NCBI GenBank assembly: GCA_028699085.1
Contig: JAQVVF010000002.1
Coordinates: 68,557 to 132,556 of the forward strand
Direction of reading: 5' to 3'
From: Patescibacteria group bacterium
GTDB taxonomy: Bacteria; Patescibacteriota; JABMPQ01; JAQVVF01
Length of the DNA stretch: 64,000 nt
This document shows positions 59,429 to 64,000 of the stretch, piece by piece. Position 1 is the stretch's first letter; every line of letters starts with the position of its first letter. Under the pieces are notes generated by a model. That model saw nothing but the letters and a program-made list of their open reading frames with translations, was not told the DNA's origin and did not search any database. The translations under genes and the position numbers were made by a program.

Positions 59429-60082
59429 CTACAATATACATTTTACAATATTTGTTGCTTGATAAAGGCCTTTTACAGTAAAATTATTCAGTTCTGCTTT
59501 CTCTTCTGAATATTTACCGCCTGGTCTTTCAATCTTGATTGCTACAATATATGGAAAACCTCTTTTTATATAATCAATGTTATCAGGCACATCTTCTATG
59601 ATTGCAATTTTTTTATCTCGATGCTCATTAATCACATCTTTCAATACATCTTTCATAAAACTGCCATCGCCTTCAGTCACAATAATTTTTGAGAAAAAAC
59701 CATTTATTTGGCAACTATTAATTTTTGCCTCTTGGAATCTTTTTGTCCCTAATGAAACTAAAAATAGCTCACATTCATCCTTGATACTCTCCAAGAATGA
59801 AATGACATCATCGTACAAATAAGTTTTTGAATTTGAAACAAGACCGTTTACTTCAGCCATTAGGCTTTGAATATCCGTAATCTCACCTTCCAAAAGTCTC
59901 AAATGCAAAGCAGGATCATAAGGCCTTTTTAACTTTTTTTTAATATATGTGTAAGTTTGTTCATATCTTTCAGAAGACACATTATAACGCATAAAAATAG
60001 TCTTCAAATGCCTCTTGAAAAGCTCGGTATTGAATATGGTATGATCAAAGTCTAATATTACTAATTTATCCTTTTTTAACAT
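59429..60082 (-). CDS. HAD-superfamily hydrolase
   Basis: Motif I LDFDHT (DxDxT), plus K and DD motifs further on. Confidence 0.7.
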   Translation of the reverse strand: MLKKDKLVILDFDHTIFNTELFKRHLKTIFMRYNVSSERYEQTYTYIKKKLKRPYDPALHLRLLEGEITDIQSLMAEVNGLVSNSKTYLYDDVISFLESIKDECELFLVSLGTKRFQEAKINSCQINGFFSKIIVTEGDGSFMKDVLKDVINEHRDKKIAIIEDVPDNIDYIKRGFPYIVAIKIERPGGKYSEEKAELNNFTVKGLYQATNIVKCIL

Positions 60083-61056
60083 AATTTTAACAAAATCTTA
60101 GCTAACTTATTTGGATCATGATGAATCAGACTTCGCTTCAAAATATCGCCTTTTTTCTTTTCTTTAAGCTTGCCCAATAAATCTGCACCAACAAATCCCA
60201 ATTTGGATTTACTAGCTGAGTATTCAACAAAGCTTTCCTTTCTTTTTTTGTATTCTGTAAGGACTTTTTCATCAGGTCTCACATTATTATATAACACAAA
60301 ATCTATTTTTGAGCCAGAATATTTTTTGACAATACTAACATGTTCCTGAACACTAAAATTGTTCGTCTGCCCCCACTTGGTCATTAAATTACAAACATAT
60401 ACTTTTTTAGCTTTACTAATCTTTAAAGCATTAGCAACTCCAGGAACACACAAGCATGCCACAACCGATGTATACAAATCTCCAGGTCCAATTACAATTA
60501 GATCAGCATCCAAAATTGCCTTCACAACCTTAGAATTAACCTTAATTTTCGGCTCAATCCAAGCTTTTTCAATCTTCAATTTGCCCTCAAATCCAACAAC
60601 TTCATCAATTAAAGTTTCAGACTTTATAATTTGCCTATTTTCAAGCTCAATACATAAATTAGCTCTCTTCAAGGCAACAGGAAATATATCAGCCTTAATT
60701 TTTAATTCTTTTTTCAATTCATCAATCGCTTTTTCAATATTGTTATTTTTTTCCTGCAAATTAGCAATGATAATATTCCCCAAATTATGGCCTGCCAATT
60801 TTCCTTTTTCAAAACGTAAATCCAAAATCTCTTGCCATTTTTTATTTTCTGGCATCAAAGCCAAAATCATCTTTCTCAAATCTCCCATTGGCAACAAATC
60901 TATATTTTCTTTCAATAATCTACCAGTTGATCCCCCATTATCAGTAATTGGATAAATTCCTGTTAGTTCACAATTTTTTGCATTTTTCAAACCACCTAAA
61001 ACAACGCTTGCTCCTGTTCCACCGCCGAGATAAACAATTTTCTTGACTTTTTGCAT
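60076..61056 (-). CDS. CofD/YvcK (UPF0052) family protein
   Basis: LGGGTG...DNGGSTG signature. Confidence 0.8.
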   Translation of the reverse strand: MQKVKKIVYLGGGTGASVVLGGLKNAKNCELTGIYPITDNGGSTGRLLKENIDLLPMGDLRKMILALMPENKKWQEILDLRFEKGKLAGHNLGNIIIANLQEKNNNIEKAIDELKKELKIKADIFPVALKRANLCIELENRQIIKSETLIDEVVGFEGKLKIEKAWIEPKIKVNSKVVKAILDADLIVIGPGDLYTSVVACLCVPGVANALKISKAKKVYVCNLMTKWGQTNNFSVQEHVSIVKKYSGSKIDFVLYNNVRPDEKVLTEYKKRKESFVEYSASKSKLGFVGADLLGKLKEKKKGDILKRSLIHHDPNKLAKILLKLC

Positions 61057-61113
61057 AGAAATGTAATTATGTAGAAAGTTAACGATTCCACCTTAGACAG
61101 AAGGAGAGAAAAA

Positions 61114-61338
61114 ATGCAAACGCGCAAAAATCTCCAGATATTTCTTCTCGTAATTGAAATCCTCTTAATAATAGCAGTCATATACCCAATCGCCCTTTCA
61201 ATCTTTAATTTCGTAACAAAGAACGAAAGTATCTATCAAATCGCCAGCAACAATAGTAATTTAATACCTTTGTACGGTTCTTTTATCCTCTTAATTTGTG
61301 GAATTTTTTATGCAAGATACGATCTAAAAAAACAATAA
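61114..61338 (+). CDS. Small two-TM membrane protein
   Basis: Good SD (aggagagaaaaaATG); 74 aa; terminator at 61352-61372. Confidence 0.45.
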   Translation: MQTRKNLQIFLLVIEILLIIAVIYPIALSIFNFVTKNESIYQIASNNSNLIPLYGSFILLICGIFYARYDLKKQ

Positions 61339-61351
61339 CCAGCCCTTTCTC

Positions 61352-61372
61352 AACCTCATCCGAGGTTTTTTT
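61352..61372 (+). terminator. Intrinsic terminator
   Basis: Stem aacctc / gaggtt plus T7. Confidence 0.55.
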
Positions 61373-61417
61373 GTATTCGAAAATAAATTTGATTTATTCG
61401 AAAAATTATTAGAGTGA

Positions 61418-63235
61418 TTATTCCACTGTTACGCTCTTTGCCAAATTCCTCGGCTTATCAACATCCAAGCCTTTTATTTCTGCCATATGATAAGCCAAAA
61501 GTTGTATTGGAATTACTGTTAGCAAAGGCTCCAACATTTCCAAAGTTTCTGGAATATAAATCACATCATCAACATATTTTTCGATTTCATAATTATCTTC
61601 TGTTGTTACAGCAATAATTTTTCCTGATCTTGCTTTAATTTCCTGCATATTGCTAATTGTTTTATCATAAACACTATCTTTTGGCGCTACAAAAACGCAT
61701 GGAAATTTTTCATCAATCATTGCAATTGCGCCATGTTTCATCTCGCCAGCAGAATAACCTTCGGCATGCACATAAGAAATTTCTTTCATTTTCAAAGCAC
61801 CTTCCAAAGCTAATGGATAATTGAATCTTCTGCCTAAATAAAGGAAATTTTTATAATCACGATATTTTTCCGCCAAGTTTTTTATTTTATCATTTTGTTC
61901 TAAAATCTTTTTGATCTTTTCTGGAATTTTTTTAATCTCGGAAGCTATTTCTTTTCCTTCCATAAAAGACAAATTTCTCACTCTACCAAATTCCAATGCC
62001 AAAATTGCTAAAACTGTAATTTGCGCTAAAAATGCTTTTGTAGAAGCAACTCCAATTTCTGGTCCAGCATGAACAAACACTCCGCCATCAGTCTCACGCG
62101 CAATTGTTGATCCAACAACATTAGAAATTCCTAACACCTTAATTCCTTTTCGCTGAATCTCTCGCATTGCTGCAATCGTATCAGCTGTCTCACCAGATTG
62201 CGAAATCACAAAAACCAAAGTATCTTTATCTAGTAAAATTCTTTTGTAACGTAATTCTGATGCGCATTCTGCCTCGCAAGGGATAGAAGCACATTCTTCA
62301 ATCATATATTTCCCAACCAATCCAGCATGCAAAGCAGTACCACAAGCAATAAAAATAATTCTTTTAACCTTCAATAATTCTTCTGTTGTTAAATTCAAAC
62401 CGCCTAAATGCGCAATACCTTCTGAAGGAATAATTCTTCCAGCAAAAGCATTTTCCATTATTTTTGGTTGTTCAAAAATTTCTTTCAACATGAAATGATT
62501 GAATCCTTTCTTTTCTGCTAAATCAGCTTCCCAATCAATTTCATGTATTTTTGAATCAACTTTTTTATCATCAATTGTAATTGTATAGAAACCATCTTTT
62601 GTGATTTCCACAATTTCATTTTCCTCAATAAAAACTACTTTTTTTGTGTATGGCATCAAAGCCGTCGCGTCAGAAGCAAAATAATTTTCGCCCTCGCCAA
62701 CTCCCACGACTAATGGACTGCCATGACGGGCTGCTACAATTCTATCAGGTTCTTTAGATGAAATTACAACAATTCCATATGTTCCATCAACACAAAGTAG
62801 TGCACGCCTTACTGCCTCTTTTAGATTTCCTTCATAATATTTTTCAATCAAATGCGATAATACTTCTGTATCAGTTTCTGACCGAAATTTATGGCCTTCG
62901 TTAATTAATTGTTCTTTCAATTTCGCAAAATTTTCAATAATGCCATTATGAATTACTGCAATTTTTCCTTCACAATCTAGATGCGGATGAGCGTTTTGAT
63001 CAGTCACTCCACCATGAGTTGCCCATCTTGTATGACCCATACCAATTGTTCCAACAAGATTTGTCATTTCCAAATTTTGCCCAATTCTTCCAACACTTTT
63101 TACAAAATTAATTTTACCAGAATCTACAGTTGCCAATCCCCAAGAATCATACCCGCGATATTCTAATTTTTTCAAACCATCAACCAAAATTGGCGATGCT
63201 TTTTTATCTCCGATATAAGCAATTATTCCACACAT
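61418..63235 (-). CDS. glmS: Glutamine--fructose-6-phosphate aminotransferase
   Basis: N-terminal MCGI nucleophile and two SIS domains; 605 aa. Confidence 0.95.
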   Translation of the reverse strand: MCGIIAYIGDKKASPILVDGLKKLEYRGYDSWGLATVDSGKINFVKSVGRIGQNLEMTNLVGTIGMGHTRWATHGGVTDQNAHPHLDCEGKIAVIHNGIIENFAKLKEQLINEGHKFRSETDTEVLSHLIEKYYEGNLKEAVRRALLCVDGTYGIVVISSKEPDRIVAARHGSPLVVGVGEGENYFASDATALMPYTKKVVFIEENEIVEITKDGFYTITIDDKKVDSKIHEIDWEADLAEKKGFNHFMLKEIFEQPKIMENAFAGRIIPSEGIAHLGGLNLTTEELLKVKRIIFIACGTALHAGLVGKYMIEECASIPCEAECASELRYKRILLDKDTLVFVISQSGETADTIAAMREIQRKGIKVLGISNVVGSTIARETDGGVFVHAGPEIGVASTKAFLAQITVLAILALEFGRVRNLSFMEGKEIASEIKKIPEKIKKILEQNDKIKNLAEKYRDYKNFLYLGRRFNYPLALEGALKMKEISYVHAEGYSAGEMKHGAIAMIDEKFPCVFVAPKDSVYDKTISNMQEIKARSGKIIAVTTEDNYEIEKYVDDVIYIPETLEMLEPLLTVIPIQLLAYHMAEIKGLDVDKPRNLAKSVTVE

Positions 63236-63398
63236 AATAATAAAATTTAAAATTAATACTCAACCTGTTAATTCATAATATTATATTTTTTCATCTATTT
63301 CAAGACACTTGTCCGCCAAAAATTTTTGACAAAAACAAATAAAAACCGGCCAAAAACCGATTTTTTTAATTTTCTTCAAAATTTTTTATTTTTAAGTT

Positions 63399-64000
63399 TT
63401 ACTTTTTTATCACAACCATCGCTTTTCTGCCATTCAAAATCGGATAAGGATTTGATTTGCTAGTTCCATCAATAAAATCATGAATTGAATCAAACAAATT
63501 ATCAAAAGTATATCTGAATTTAAATCCTTGCCATACTCCTGGATCATTAGTAATAAAACCATTCTCATCAAATCCTACAACCACTAAATTATGATAAACA
63601 GGTCCTGGAGCTGTAAAATGTGGATTAGCTAGCAATTGACCAGCAGTTGGCACTAATACTGGATTGCCTTTTGCAACTTCTTCTTTAATATCATCAATCA
63701 TAATATCATATTTAACTTCCACATTCTTATAACCATAATATTCCTTAGCTAATTTGGCAATATTTTCAGCCTTCAAATCATAATGTCCGCCCCAATTCTG
63801 CATTTGCCAATCTACCATATCTAAAATTTCCTGATTTGCCACATTCTTTGGCATTTCTTGATTAAAATATTCACCTTTTAGATAATGATCGATCATCATT
63901 AAAGAGGCTTCCTCACAAGCTTCTTGCCATGGTTCTGCCCAATTTTGATAAGGCGCTTGACAAGTAAAAGGCACCTCTAAATCACAAGCTTCTGGAATCA
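63399..64000 (-). CDS. Papain-like (C39-like) cysteine peptidase domain protein; 5' end lies beyond the window
   Basis: CQAPYQNW...ACEEASLMM resembles the Q...C oxyanion/nucleophile region of C39-like peptidases. The ORF is still open at position 64000. Confidence 0.4.
   Translation of the reverse strand, partial: IPEACDLEVPFTCQAPYQNWAEPWQEACEEASLMMIDHYLKGEYFNQEMPKNVANQEILDMVDWQMQNWGGHYDLKAENIAKLAKEYYGYKNVEVKYDIMIDDIKEEVAKGNPVLVPTAGQLLANPHFTAPGPVYHNLVVVGFDENGFITNDPGVWQGFKFRYTFDNLFDSIHDFIDGTSKSNPYPILNGRKAMVVIKK

Noticed and set aside
63340-63370. Possible terminator aaaaccggccaaaaaccgattttttt
   Set aside because: The stem is only 3-4 bp with a mismatch. The sequence is plausible as an A/T-rich spacer but not as a confident hairpin.
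1-64000. CRISPR arrays, transposases, integrases and prophage modules
   Set aside because: I scanned for spaced direct repeats and for recombinase/transposase motifs. The only regular repeats are the 7-bp microsatellite at 31017 and the isolated 17-bp pair. No recombinase-like ORF is present.

Overview
This window is AT-rich (roughly 30% GC by eye), tightly packed and mostly coded on the minus strand. It looks like a small-genome bacterium; features listed below lead me to infer a CPR/Patescibacteria-like organism, but that is not proven.

The left third carries the ribosomal-protein and translation-factor backbone, all on the minus strand. The order is rpsL, rpsG, fusA, tuf, rpsJ, rplC, rplD, rplW, rplB, rpsS, rplV, rpsC, rplP, rpmC, rpsQ, rplN, rplX, rplE. 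Three non-ribosomal genes interrupt this str/S10 region. A PLDc_N-type small membrane protein and a collagen-like (GXY)15 protein lie between rpsG and fusA. A YefM/Phd-fold protein lies between fusA and tuf.

Other content of the left half: a site-2 (M50) protease, rpmB followed by a 641-aa FG-GAP-repeat surface protein, a clear heliorhodopsin in a putative operon with a TerC/DUF475 membrane protein and a 55-aa membrane peptide, a DEAD-box helicase, tRNA-Pro(GGG), and two ATP-grasp-like genes bracketing an M20 peptidase. Between those sits a about 1.2-kb islet with higher GC that encodes two paralogous Cys-motif proteins.

The right half holds ndk, GT4 and GT2 glycosyltransferases separated by a 7-bp tandem repeat, a split ComEC, ftsZ, ftsA, dgkA, ybeY, rpsU, hisS, lepB, an LCP-family gene, der, a frameshifted L25-like gene, pth, mfd, dprA, topA, relA/spoT, parB, parA, tRNA-Leu(CAA), glyA, tsaC, an Ada-like zinc-ribbon mini-protein, a sugar nucleotidyltransferase, a GC-rich P-loop kinase-like gene, a HAD hydrolase, a cofD/yvcK-family gene, glmS and a partial C39-like peptidase.

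I found no rRNA, CRISPR array, transposase or integrase. The most promising targets are the heliorhodopsin neighbourhood, the foreign inserts in the str operon, the GC-rich Cys-protein islet, and a 443-bp intergenic region with convergent promoters and a bidirectional hairpin that may encode a small RNA.
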